A DNA stretch of 58,189 nt, filler included, from Candidatus Woesearchaeota archaeon (GCA_016188265.1; 3 parts of 3 records of this genome joined end to end with filler, not necessarily neighbours in it), one strand, 5' to 3'; positions 30,443 to 39,527 are shown, counted from the first letter of the whole stretch. Notes: generated by a model not told the origin, from the letters alone. A program made the numbers and translations.

Positions 30443-31143
30443 TATTTAGCCTCCAAAAAAACTTTAATTATTTCTGTTAATCCTTGCAAGTGAGCTTGTT
30501 TTTCAACCATGCGAATTGCTTGCACTGCTTTAACTTCACATTCAGGCTCTCCATTTATCCAAACCCAGCCATTTTGTCCTACAACAATATTGCATCCTGT
30601 TTTTTGTTTTATTAGTGTTACCATGCTTCCTTCTTTGCCAATTATTCTAGGCACTTTAAATGGATTAACTGTAATAATACGTCCTCCTCTGAGAGTCATA
30701 AGACCAGGGCCTATCATTGTTATGTCAACAAGTTTTTGGCTTGTTACTTTAGTTATTTTTGTAACTACAAAGTCTTCTAAATCATAATATTTTGTTAAAT
30801 TTTCACCTTTTGCTATAAACTCACTTGAAGCATCTTTTAATGTTAATACTGCATTGTATGCTGAATTAATATCTAATTTCCATCCAGATAACAATACATC
30901 AATTACTTTTCCAATCACACGATCATTGACTTTTGGAATATAACGTCCAGATAATGGAATAAGTTTTATTACATTTTTATCAACACTTATCATACCAAGC
31001 CTTTCTGCTCGTATTAATTCACCATCGCGATATATTCCTTTGCTTGGAATAAATCCCATACCTTCTGCTAATAATTCTCCAGGAACAACAATTGATCTGT
31101 CTTGCACGTATAATTTTTCTTTTGCAGTGTTTTTTTCTATCAT
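30442..31143 (-). CDS. rrp4: Exosome complex RNA-binding protein Rrp4
   Basis: VVPGE, YIPK.ND.VIG (S1), KVPRIIGK.GSM (KH), GQNG.VW, AH..GLT. Confidence 0.96.
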   Translation of the reverse strand: MIEKNTAKEKLYVQDRSIVVPGELLAEGMGFIPSKGIYRDGELIRAERLGMISVDKNVIKLIPLSGRYIPKVNDRVIGKVIDVLLSGWKLDINSAYNAVLTLKDASSEFIAKGENLTKYYDLEDFVVTKITKVTSQKLVDITMIGPGLMTLRGGRIITVNPFKVPRIIGKEGSMVTLIKQKTGCNIVVGQNGWVWINGEPECEVKAVQAIRMVEKQAHLQGLTEIIKVFLEAK

Positions 31144-31166
31144 TTATGAGCTCCTAAAAGATTTTT

Positions 31167-31904
31167 TTATTTTAATGTTTTTTTTATTTCCTTTAATACT
31201 ACTTCAATTTTATCTTTTGAAAGAGGTTGGTATTTTCTTTCTTTGGTTGTAATTTGTGCTGCTTCTATTCTTTCAGCAGACAGTTCTTTTCCTACAACAC
31301 TTAGAATAGCTTTAATTCCTAAACGAAGACCATCTTGAAGATTCATGTTTTCATTATACTCTTTTGATAAAAGTTCTTCAACTTCAGGTTCCCCTTCGCC
31401 AATTACTGTTGCTTTAAATTGAAAGTATATTCCAGTAGGATCTGTTTCAAATAATTTTGGACCGTCAGTATCAACACCTGCAACTAAAAGAGAAACTCCA
31501 AATGGCCTTAAGCCTCCTGATTGTGTGCATACTTGTTTTAAGGCACAAATATCTTTAACAACTGCAATAGTATCAATTGGAGAATTGTATGTTACTCTAT
31601 GTTGTTGTGCTTTAACTTGTGCACGCTCTACAAGAACTCTTGCATCAGACAATATTCCTGAAGCTGCACTGCTTATGTGATCATCTATTTGAAATAATTT
31701 TTCAACACTTTCAGGAATTATTAATTTATCAACAATTCGTTTGTCTGCAATAAGAAGAACTCCGTCTTTGCATACAATGCCAATTGTCGTACTGCCTTGT
31801 CTTACTGTTTTTTTAGCATACTCAACTTGCAATAATCTTCCGTCAGGAGAAAACATTGTTATTGCACGATCATAACCCATTAATTGATGTTGCATTTGTT
31901 GCAT
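31167..31904 (-). CDS. psmA: Proteasome subunit alpha
   Basis: YDRAITMFSPDGRLLQVEYA, RPFGVSLL, ETDPTG. Confidence 0.98.
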   Translation of the reverse strand: MQQMQHQLMGYDRAITMFSPDGRLLQVEYAKKTVRQGSTTIGIVCKDGVLLIADKRIVDKLIIPESVEKLFQIDDHISSAASGILSDARVLVERAQVKAQQHRVTYNSPIDTIAVVKDICALKQVCTQSGGLRPFGVSLLVAGVDTDGPKLFETDPTGIYFQFKATVIGEGEPEVEELLSKEYNENMNLQDGLRLGIKAILSVVGKELSAERIEAAQITTKERKYQPLSKDKIEVVLKEIKKTLK

Positions 31905-31916
31905 TTTAGCACCTCA

Positions 31917-32261
31917 TTAACCAGCAATTTTGTTTTTTACTTTATTTAAAACTCCACTTACACTTAAGCTTCTCATTATTACTTGTTCTTGATCAATTGA
32001 ACTTACAAGTGTTAGTGCTGCACGAAGATCGTCAACATGTAAATTATTTATTCTGATTATTCCTTTATTTTTAGAAAATGTATCAAATAATGGAAGTAAT
32101 CCTGCATGTGCAAGATTAAGTTCTCCGTGAAATTGTGTATAATTATGAGTTAATGAGTTTATTATGCTTTTTGCATCATGTTGTTTATTTGATAAAATTT
32201 CAAATAATACATATCGCTTTTTCTCTCTCAAACTAGGTAATAATTGTTTAAGTTTTTTCAT
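31917..32261 (-). CDS. rnp2: RNase P protein component 2 (Pop5/Rpp14)
   Basis: LPSLREKKRY, GIIR, VSG.L.K; AGGTG SD before ATG 32261. Confidence 0.9.
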   Translation of the reverse strand: MKKLKQLLPSLREKKRYVLFEILSNKQHDAKSIINSLTHNYTQFHGELNLAHAGLLPLFDTFSKNKGIIRINNLHVDDLRAALTLVSSIDQEQVIMRSLSVSGVLNKVKNKIAG

Positions 32262-32407
32262 ATCTTTAAAAACACCTTTCATGATCTTTCATGTGGTGAG
32301 AAAAAAATATTTTTTTCAGCTCGCTACTTTTCTCACTTCTATAAACCAGAGAATTGCATTTATTTAAATAGTTTGTGGTTTATAACAATTATTTTAAATA
32401 TGGAAAA

Positions 32408-32593
32408 TTATGCTACTTTTATTGCGTATTCTCCCTTAGCAGAAATACCTATGTTTTTAGCAACAAGTGATAAACTTGCATCTAATATTAACAAGCGCCC
32501 TTTCCAATTATTTGAAAATTGAGCAGTACGGCATACTGGGCATTCATTGCCTTCAACAAATAACTTACAGCTTTTGCATACTTTCTTCTTCAT
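32408..32593 (-). CDS. spt4: Transcription elongation factor Spt4 (RpoE'')
   Basis: CKSCK..CPVC, W.G, S.VA..IG....G.YAIKV. Confidence 0.95.
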   Translation of the reverse strand: MKKKVCKSCKLFVEGNECPVCRTAQFSNNWKGRLLILDASLSLVAKNIGISAKGEYAIKVA

Positions 32594-33177
32594 TTTTTAT
32601 CACTTTTTTCTTTCTTAGGCTTTTCCTTTTCTTTAGCTGGTTCTTTAGATAATGCTTCTATCCATTCAAGTTTACCTAGGTTTGGTTGTCTCATTGTAAG
32701 ACCTATTTTTGGATTTGTTATTTCTTTAAATGAAACTGCAATAACTCTTGCTCTGCATAAATCATTTACTTTAAGCACTTGTTTTGTATCTCTGCCAGTA
32801 AGAACTTTTTCTTTGGAAAAGCTCACAAAATCATCCATTGTTTGAGAAACATGGATCATTCCATCAATCGGCCCCATTGTTATAAATGCTCCAAAATCAG
32901 TAATATCTTTTATTCTTCCCAATATTACTTCTTGCAATTCAGGCCTGTATACTAATAAATCAAAGGCAGTATCATAGTAAGATGCTCCATCTCCTGGAAT
33001 AACAACACCTTCGCCAATATCTTTAACTTCAACAACATCAACAGCAATGCCTATATTAGCATCGATAAAACCTGTGAATTTTTGCTGAATGCTTTTTCTA
33101 ACAGATTCTGTTATGTCATTACCAAAATTAATAGGTGGAACTCTTATATGATCTTTTATAGTAACAGTGTAAAACAT
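32590..33177 (-). CDS. rpoE: RNA polymerase subunit E' (Rpo7)
   Basis: IRVPP, IPGDGA, FGAF..GP.DG..HVSQ, GLTMRQP.LGK. Confidence 0.97.
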   Translation of the reverse strand: MFYTVTIKDHIRVPPINFGNDITESVRKSIQQKFTGFIDANIGIAVDVVEVKDIGEGVVIPGDGASYYDTAFDLLVYRPELQEVILGRIKDITDFGAFITMGPIDGMIHVSQTMDDFVSFSKEKVLTGRDTKQVLKVNDLCRARVIAVSFKEITNPKIGLTMRQPNLGKLEWIEALSKEPAKEKEKPKKEKSDKK

Positions 33178-33253
33178 AAATGTAGAAATATAAAAGGTTT
33201 TTTAAAACTTTCTCCCGCAAGCTTTAAAAATAACTGATAATTCCAGTTATAAA

Positions 33254-33586
33254 ATGGTTGAATTTAAAATAATAAGCCAACAAAACAATAAAGTTATTGG
33301 AAGAAAAGAAATAATTGCTGAACTTCCATTTCAAGGACCAACCCCTTCACTAAAAGATGTACAAAACTGGCTTGCTAAAGATCAAAAAGTAGATTCAAAA
33401 CAAGTTATTGTTCATCATGTTTATACTAAATTTGGAGTAACAAAAGCAGTTGTTCACGCACGAATTTATGATTCTTCAGATACTGCAAAATTTTTAGAAA
33501 AAATTGAAGAAGTAAAGCCTAAAGAAGTAAAAACCGAAGCTCCTAAAGAAGAAACTGCTGCCAAAGCAGAAACTAAAGCAAAATAA
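33254..33586 (+). CDS. rps24e: 30S ribosomal protein S24e
   Basis: N.VIGRKEI, TPS, T.FG......ARIY; upstream of S27ae. Confidence 0.9.
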   Translation: MVEFKIISQQNNKVIGRKEIIAELPFQGPTPSLKDVQNWLAKDQKVDSKQVIVHHVYTKFGVTKAVVHARIYDSSDTAKFLEKIEEVKPKEVKTEAPKEETAAKAETKAK

Positions 33587-33593
33587 AAAAAAA

Positions 33594-33779
33594 ATGCCTA
33601 AGAAACAAAGAAAGCCAAAAAAACCATTAACCTTGTACAAAAGATATAAAAAATTAGGCGATGGAATTGAAAGAACAAATAAATTTTGTCCTAAATGTGG
33701 TAAAGGATTTTTCTTGGCTCAGCACAATAATAGAGTATCATGTGGAAATTGTGCATATACTGAATTTCAGAAAAAGTAA
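33594..33779 (+). CDS. rps27ae: 30S ribosomal protein S27ae
   Basis: CPKCG.GFFLA.H..R.SCG.C.YT. Confidence 0.95.
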   Translation: MPKKQRKPKKPLTLYKRYKKLGDGIERTNKFCPKCGKGFFLAQHNNRVSCGNCAYTEFQKK

Positions 33780-33812
33780 ATTCTTTTATAGATTAATGTA
33801 TTAAATATTAAT

Positions 33813-34646
33813 ATGAATAAATTATTATTCGGAACAGCAGGCATTCCATGTTCTACTCCTAAACCTTCTGATACCATAAAAGGAATTGAACAAGTTAAAA
33901 AATTGGGGCTTGATACTATGGAGTTAGAATTTGTTAGAAGTATTAATATTAAAGAAGATAAAGCTGAACAAGTAAGATCTGTTGCTAAAAAAAATGAAGT
34001 TGTTCTAACATGCCATGGACAATATTTTGTAAACTTAAATGCTCATGAAAAATCAGTTCTTGAAGCAAGTAAAAAAAGAATTATTGACGCATGTAAAATA
34101 GCAGATAAAGCAGGTGTTTGGAGCATTTGCTACCACATGGCATATTATATGAAAGATGCGAAAAAAATTGCTTATGAACAAATTAAAAAAGCAGTTAAAG
34201 AAATTTTGCAAAAACTTGAAAATAATGGAATAAATATTTGGCTGCGTCCAGAAACAGGAGGAAAGCTATCTCAATTTGGTGAAATAGATGAATTAATTAA
34301 GTTAAGTCAAGATTTTCAGCAAGTGCTTCCTTGCATTGATTGGGCGCATCATTATTCAAGATCTCTTGGAAAAATAAATTCTTATGAAAGATTTCGTGAA
34401 ATAGCCATAGAGCTTGAGAAACATTTAGGAAGAAACGCGCTAGATAACATGCATTGCCATATGGAAGGAATTGAATACACTGATAAAGGAGAAAAAAATC
34501 ATGTAAATCTAAAAGACTGTCCAATAGATTACAAAGCAGTTGTTAAAGTGTGGAAAGAATTTAAGATGAAAGGAGTAATAACATGCGAAAGCCCAAATAT
34601 TGAAGAAGATGCATTATTATTGAAGAAAACTTATGAAAATAATTAA
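33813..34646 (+). CDS. nfo: Endonuclease IV-family TIM-barrel protein
   Basis: FGTAG.P, ELEFV, H..Y.VNL, PET.GK..QFG, PCIDWAH, GEK.H, ESP..E.DA. Confidence 0.9.
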   Translation: MNKLLFGTAGIPCSTPKPSDTIKGIEQVKKLGLDTMELEFVRSINIKEDKAEQVRSVAKKNEVVLTCHGQYFVNLNAHEKSVLEASKKRIIDACKIADKAGVWSICYHMAYYMKDAKKIAYEQIKKAVKEILQKLENNGINIWLRPETGGKLSQFGEIDELIKLSQDFQQVLPCIDWAHHYSRSLGKINSYERFREIAIELEKHLGRNALDNMHCHMEGIEYTDKGEKNHVNLKDCPIDYKAVVKVWKEFKMKGVITCESPNIEEDALLLKKTYENN

Positions 34647-34887
34647 AATGCCAAAATTGCCAATATGGGAATGCGCTGAATGCACTTGGTCTGTAGAATT
34701 AGAATATCCTCCTGTTAAATGTCCAAGATGCAAAAAACCTTGGCAAACATTTTCTGGAAAACTGAAAAAAACAGGAGAAAAAAAGTGGAAGTGCATGGTT
34801 TGTGGTTATATTCATACAGGAGAAGCGCCGCCAGCAACATGCCCTAAATGCAGGGCAAGTTATGAAGAATTTACAGAAATAAAATGA
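34633..34887 (+). CDS. Tandem rubredoxin-like domain protein
   Basis: Two W.C..C...PP..CP.C units. Confidence 0.85.
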   Translation: MKIIKMPKLPIWECAECTWSVELEYPPVKCPRCKKPWQTFSGKLKKTGEKKWKCMVCGYIHTGEAPPATCPKCRASYEEFTEIK

Positions 34888-35141
34888 TGAACAAAAAAAC
34901 AAGTCATGGAACATTTAAACAACTTGACAAAGAAAATTTAGGCGAAGAACAAACAAAAGTCATTCTTCTTTCAGGATTTTCTGATAAACAAGTAAATGAA
35001 GTTATTGATCATTACAGAACAAATACAAATTTACCTCAAACTATTTTTGCAGTTGTAACACTAAAATCCAAATTAATGCGATTGCATGAATTGCTTAAAG
35101 AGCTGAAAAGAGAACAGCAAGCAATGAAAGAAAAAAAATAA
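34884..35141 (+). CDS. DUF3783-like protein
   Basis: VIL.SGF, IFAV.T......L..LL.EL..E pattern. Confidence 0.6.
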   Translation: MMNKKTSHGTFKQLDKENLGEEQTKVILLSGFSDKQVNEVIDHYRTNTNLPQTIFAVVTLKSKLMRLHELLKELKREQQAMKEKK

Positions 35142-35147
35142 TTTTAA

Positions 35148-35486
35148 TTACATTTGCTTTAGTGTTTTTTTATTATTACTGAAACCAATAGTTGTATTTA
35201 TTTCTTCAGCATAAAATCCTTGTTTAAGTCCAAGTCTTAATTCTAAATCGTGTACAATTTGGTAAAGAGTTGTTTTCATTAGTGAGTCATCAACAATATA
35301 TCCGATGTCAGATAGTTCAGCGTTCATTTTTTTCAAGAATTCCGGTGAATAAACGGCATTAAAAAAATTCAGATATGATTTTTGTGAGTATAAATCATAA
35401 ACTTCTTTAAGAAATTGCCTTTGTTTTCCATTTAATTGATCTACATAAAGCTTTTTCCCTGATAGTGTTTGATAAAATAAAGCCAT
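35148..35486 (-). CDS. Hypothetical protein
   Basis: 112-aa ORF with upstream TTTTTAAA box. Confidence 0.6.
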   Translation of the reverse strand: MALFYQTLSGKKLYVDQLNGKQRQFLKEVYDLYSQKSYLNFFNAVYSPEFLKKMNAELSDIGYIVDDSLMKTTLYQIVHDLELRLGLKQGFYAEEINTTIGFSNNKKTLKQM

Positions 35487-35522
35487 ATTGATATTGTATA
35501 CTTAGTTTTTTTAAAAAGTTTA

Positions 35523-36365
35523 CTAATCATGAATTGATTTAACATCTTTTAATCTTTTTTTTGCAGGTATTGCAGTGTTAAAATATTGGAAAAAAATATT
35601 ATGCAACCATCTTATCCATTCTTCATCATAAACAGTGTAAAATACAAAAGTCTTTTTTGGAAAACCTCCAATGCTTTCTTCTACTTTTTTAATTTCCTTA
35701 AATCTTGCAAGTTTACTATCAATGACAAAAGCTCGCAAGGGTTGTTCGCAATGACGTATATCAACAAGTTCTTTGCCAAGCTGCTCATTAATTGCATCAA
35801 TTTCTTCTATGTTATCTGTTTTACCAAGCTCTATCAGCGTCAGAATTTTAACGCGAACACCCCTTTGAACAAGCTCTTTAAGCGCCTGTATAAGCGACGT
35901 ATTGCCATACCGGAGGTGCGCCCATGACAACTTGCCACCAAATATAAGCACTTGATCTTTAGCTTTAGAAAACAAAGAAACAACATCCTGCTGAATTATT
36001 TGGGCAGGATCTGTGAGTGTTTCTCTAAATGCATGCCTTTTATTCTCAGGAATGTACTGGTAGATATCAAAAGGAGAAAAATCATATTTATCTTTACCCT
36101 GTATTATTGAATTATACAACTTTTCTTGAATCCGAGAAGCATGTATTTGCTCAACATGACTCCAATAAGCTATTTTTAGCGCACCTCTAGTTCCGCCTCT
36201 AAATGTGCGCACTTTGATTGTGCCTTCTTCTTGTTCAATCTGTGCTATATAACGATTTGCAGTAACCCAACTAATTCCGAGATATTGAGATATCTCTTGT
36301 ACTGTACGCGGTTTTGTATATACAAACCCGTTTACTTTTTCTATCAGCTCTTTTTTCAACACCAT
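35523..36365 (-). CDS. HTH transcriptional regulator with TrmB-like C-terminal domain
   Basis: PRTVQEI...LGISW.TA.RY HTH; AK.QVLI, RGVRVKIL, IRH, LRAFVID. Confidence 0.75.
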   Translation of the reverse strand: MVLKKELIEKVNGFVYTKPRTVQEISQYLGISWVTANRYIAQIEQEEGTIKVRTFRGGTRGALKIAYWSHVEQIHASRIQEKLYNSIIQGKDKYDFSPFDIYQYIPENKRHAFRETLTDPAQIIQQDVVSLFSKAKDQVLIFGGKLSWAHLRYGNTSLIQALKELVQRGVRVKILTLIELGKTDNIEEIDAINEQLGKELVDIRHCEQPLRAFVIDSKLARFKEIKKVEESIGGFPKKTFVFYTVYDEEWIRWLHNIFFQYFNTAIPAKKRLKDVKSIHD

Positions 36366-36547
36366 ACTATCATAGTGGTGGTGTCGTTGCCCCTAAATAC
36401 TTTTATTTACTTATACAGTGTTTTATTCTATATAAATGTTTTGTAAAAACTAAAACACTCTGGTCTTTTTTTGTATAGTAATAATATTATAAAACAAAAC
36501 TCTGTTATAAGTTTAGATGATAAAAAGACAAACAGAGGTGGCATACC

Positions 36548-36739
36548 ATGAACCATGTGGTAGAACCAGTAAAGTTTGTCTTCTTAGGTCAACGAAGTGG
36601 GGAAAGTTTGGTAATAGAATTAACAGCCAATATGGAACACTTGCGAGAAGAGTTAATACGCATTGTTCAAAAATATGGGCTGCGTAAACGTATTACTAAA
36701 ACTGAACAGTATGGCGACATAGTCTTCGTAAAGGATTAA
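36548..36739 (+). CDS. Small hypothetical protein
   Basis: GAGGTG SD upstream; divergent from regulator. Confidence 0.7.
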   Translation: MNHVVEPVKFVFLGQRSGESLVIELTANMEHLREELIRIVQKYGLRKRITKTEQYGDIVFVKD

Positions 36740-36749
36740 AACCAGGGGT

Positions 36750-36790
36750 GCTCGCGGCAAGGAAAAAAAAGAGGGGGTGAGCTTTTTTTT
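36750..36790 (+). terminator. Hairpin + T-tract after the 63-aa ORF
   Basis: GCTCGC...GTGAGC followed by T8. Confidence 0.45.
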
Positions 36791-36880
36791 AAGCCAATAA
36801 TTAAAACAACAAAATTTTACTAATTACAAACTGCATAATCACGCATTATCATATTCCTCAAACTCACATCCAAACCTCTC

Positions 36881-36964
36881 GAGCGCGGTACGTACCTTCG
36901 TGTTGTTGCTCAATAACTTAATAATACCGGCAGTTAATGGTGGTTGACTGCCGGAACCGCGCTT
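36881..36964. other. GC-rich structured element of unknown function
   Basis: Outer AGCGCGGT/ACCGCGCT; inner 11-bp CCGGCAGTTAA/TTGACTGCCGG. Confidence 0.55.
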
Positions 36965-37042
36965 TACACTTTCAAACACAAAGATCCTATCAAATGTAAG
37001 TTTTTATTTAATTCAACATGTATCTTCTATTTTTATGCTAAT

Positions 37043-37165
37043 TTAACTTAAAAGTATTGTTCTTGAGGGTATTATTCCACTTAAGGATAGTTCTATGATT
37101 ACAAATAAGATATAAATTATTATTAGTGTTATTCCGTGGATTGTTGTTAGTTTTACTCTTGCATA
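37043..37165 (-). pseudogene. C-terminal membrane-protein fragment (Na+/Ca2+ exchanger-like)
   Basis: Startless frame YARVKLTTIHGITLIIIYILFVIIELSLSGIIPSRTILLS*. Confidence 0.35.
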
Positions 37166-37243
37166 AATTGAGTTTTTTCAGTTATTACTTTGCTTCTTTT
37201 ATAACTAAAATTTATAACTAAAAAGCGATTTCTTTTATTGATC

Positions 37244-37369
37244 TTATTTTTTCTTCTTTTTTTTAGATAATAGAACTAGTTTTTTTACTTTTGAAGTTTT
37301 GCTTTTTTTACTAGCAGAACGTCCTTTTTTCTTTGTTTTTTTAGGTGCTTTCTTTCTCTTTTTTGCCAT
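37244..37369 (-). CDS. 41-aa Lys-rich basic peptide
   Basis: MAKKRKKAPKKTKKKGRSASKKSKTSKVKKLVLLSKKKKKK*; GGAG SD upstream. Confidence 0.65.
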   Translation of the reverse strand: MAKKRKKAPKKTKKKGRSASKKSKTSKVKKLVLLSKKKKKK

Positions 37370-37412
37370 ACTACAAACTCCAAATTTAAAACTCTATATT
37401 TTAGTCTTTAGT

Positions 37413-37632
37413 GACTCTGGACTCGGTGAAAAAGTGCCTTAAGCAACTACCGATCAAACTTAACCTCTCGGCTTGTTTTAAAGGTTATCTTCTTCGCGCC
37501 GTAAACAAGCTTAACAAGCATAGGTTTCGTATGGTGAGTTATAGTCCAGCCACCATATTAATGGCTCATGCTTGCCATAGGCATTTACAGTCACGCTCTT
37601 TTCAGAGCAACCGAACAGTCCGTGTCAGAGTT
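37413..37632 (-). ncRNA. Unassigned multi-branched structured RNA
   Basis: About eight nested helices with G-U pairs favouring the minus strand, GAAA tetraloop, closing stem, TTTATTAA/BRE-like promoter at 37653-37666. Confidence 0.72.
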
Positions 37633-37712
37633 ATTAATTATAATACTGGTTGTTAATAAAGATTTCTAGAATGTTGAATATATATTATAATAGTGCATAT
37701 AATAGTGAAATA

Positions 37713-38288
37713 TTAGTGTTTAAAAAATGGTTTATAATTTTCTGACAGATCTCTTAGATCTTTTTTTGCTTGTGCTTTAATTGTTTCGTAACTAAAAAAA
37801 TTTTGTGGATGTGGATTAAAAAAAGCATAATAAGTCTTTGAGATTTCAATAAATTTATTCCATAAATCTTTAAGAGCCTGAAGTTTTTTTTGAGCATCTT
37901 CTGAATCAACTAGTTTAGGCAATCTTATTCCTTCATAATGCTGTTTTGATTTTTTTACTAGTCCAGAAATGTTTGATGACTCCATACACCTACTATAACC
38001 TAAAGATGTTATGCTAATATTGCCTGAAGGAAGATAAAAATCTCTTTTAACAGGAAAAAATAAATTAGTATGGTGAATAAAATGAAGATTATAATAGGTA
38101 CAAGTATAACAACAATTACAATTCTCTCTCTTATCTCTAACTTTAAAAAAATCAAAACTATTGCCAAAATCTAATAATAATTTCCAATTTTCAGTGATGC
38201 TTTTTTCAAGCTCTGAATCCACTAATTGCAATTTCATCAAATTAATAAAAAAGAGACTTGTTTTTATAAATATTTCTAAATAATACAA
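37713..38288 (-). CDS. Hypothetical protein (Cys cluster CNCCYTC)
   Basis: Long ORF; true start probably the internal ATG (MKLQLV). Confidence 0.55.
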   Translation of the reverse strand: MYYLEIFIKTSLFFINLMKLQLVDSELEKSITENWKLLLDFGNSFDFFKVRDKRENCNCCYTCTYYNLHFIHHTNLFFPVKRDFYLPSGNISITSLGYSRCMESSNISGLVKKSKQHYEGIRLPKLVDSEDAQKKLQALKDLWNKFIEISKTYYAFFNPHPQNFFSYETIKAQAKKDLRDLSENYKPFFKH

Positions 38289-39304
38289 ACAAGCGCTATA
38301 ACACTTGTTGTTCCTAAAGGAAGTGTGACATCTGCAATATATAATTTAGTTCCGTCAGAAAAAGTTGTAGAATGCCCTGCTCTTCCTTCTATAACTTCTC
38401 CAGCTTTTTCTAGTAAAACAGATTTTTTTTCAAGCTCTAATTTTTTTACAAGAATATTTTCTGATTTAATAGCTTCAAGTTCTTGAACAGCTCTAATAAG
38501 TTTTGAATCTTTACACAATTGATACTTTTCTTTACTCATGCAATCATAGGGGCAAGTAAGTATAGATTCTTCTAATTCACACACATTATTATAATTGCAA
38601 CTAAAACCTTGAGAATTTTTTAATTTTTTAGAAATAAGCATTTTCTTCCAGATATTATTATCTTCATTTAATTCTTTAATACGATTATTTTTAGCTGTAG
38701 TGAAAGAAGAACGGTCTAGATAAACTTTTAATTCATGATCGCCTTTTTTAAGCCATAATTGAGGTCCTCCTTGTATTTCTCTGCTCTCACCAGGCTCTAA
38801 TGGAGCTTTGAGATCGAGCCATCCTTGATTTTTTCCATTAAGCTCGTATTCAAGCATAAACTTTTCATTAGGGACTGTTGCAGTTCCTATATTAGTTAAA
38901 CTAAGAATTATGTCTGTTGGAACATTTTCAGCAATTGTATCTTCAGGAACAAGATTTCCACGTTGCTTGAAAACAGCACCAGTTATGACTAAATCAGGCA
39001 AGTAATCTATAATTCTTGGTTGAACAACAAGTTGTTGATCATTAGCATCAGATAATTCTGGCTGTGGTTCTAAAATATCATAAGAATCTTGGATGCTTTT
39101 TTTGTTTTCTAATTTATTTTTTTCTAAACCTACAATTCTTCCTTGAACAATTGGCTTAATTGGTTTATGAATTGTTGGCTCATACAAAGAAAATTCTGTA
39201 CTAACATGATAATATCCAGAAGGGCTTTGTACTGGCAAAAGAGATACACCTAATAAAATTATAAACAAAAGTGTTGCACCTATCACTACACCTTCTTTTT
39301 GCAT
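38276..39304 (-). CDS. CARDB domain surface protein
   Basis: N-terminal TM; LPDLVIT, NIGT, LEPGES, I.ELNEDNN; C.YNNVCE..ES...CP.DC module. Confidence 0.82.
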   Translation of the reverse strand: MQKEGVVIGATLLFIILLGVSLLPVQSPSGYYHVSTEFSLYEPTIHKPIKPIVQGRIVGLEKNKLENKKSIQDSYDILEPQPELSDANDQQLVVQPRIIDYLPDLVITGAVFKQRGNLVPEDTIAENVPTDIILSLTNIGTATVPNEKFMLEYELNGKNQGWLDLKAPLEPGESREIQGGPQLWLKKGDHELKVYLDRSSFTTAKNNRIKELNEDNNIWKKMLISKKLKNSQGFSCNYNNVCELEESILTCPYDCMSKEKYQLCKDSKLIRAVQELEAIKSENILVKKLELEKKSVLLEKAGEVIEGRAGHSTTFSDGTKLYIADVTLPLGTTSVIALVCII

Positions 39305-39335
39305 AAGATGAATAAAATACTTTAACTATATAAAG

Positions 39336-39527
39336 TTACTTGCACCAGCTTTGCAGTGTCAACCTAACTCCCCATAAAACAAAAAATAATGACCACCAGT
39401 TAACATTCACAGTTGGTAAAGCATCCATATCAACAAGCAACAACCAAATACCAACTAAAAGAACCAATAATCCAAACCATGTTGGACACCAATTACTTGC
39501 CGGACATCCATAGTTTTTTTTTGCCAT
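39336..39527 (-). CDS. Small two-TM membrane protein
   Basis: GAGGTGA SD; two hydrophobic helices. Confidence 0.75.
   Translation of the reverse strand: MAKKNYGCPASNWCPTWFGLLVLLVGIWLLLVDMDALPTVNVNWWSLFFVLWGVRLTLQSWCK

Noticed and set aside
36881..36964. Retron msr-msd or group II intron domain V
   Set aside because: No reverse transcriptase in the window and no convincing DV/DVI consensus
37413..37632. RNase P RNA or group I intron identity for the novel RNA
   Set aside because: No GAGGAAAGUCC/ACAGAA P4 core; a plus-strand TATAGTCC resembles the group I S element, but P/Q/R elements and a host gene are missing
37411..37656. 81-aa plus-strand ORF
   Set aside because: Coincides with the structured RNA, has atypical composition and no SD; the promoter points the other way
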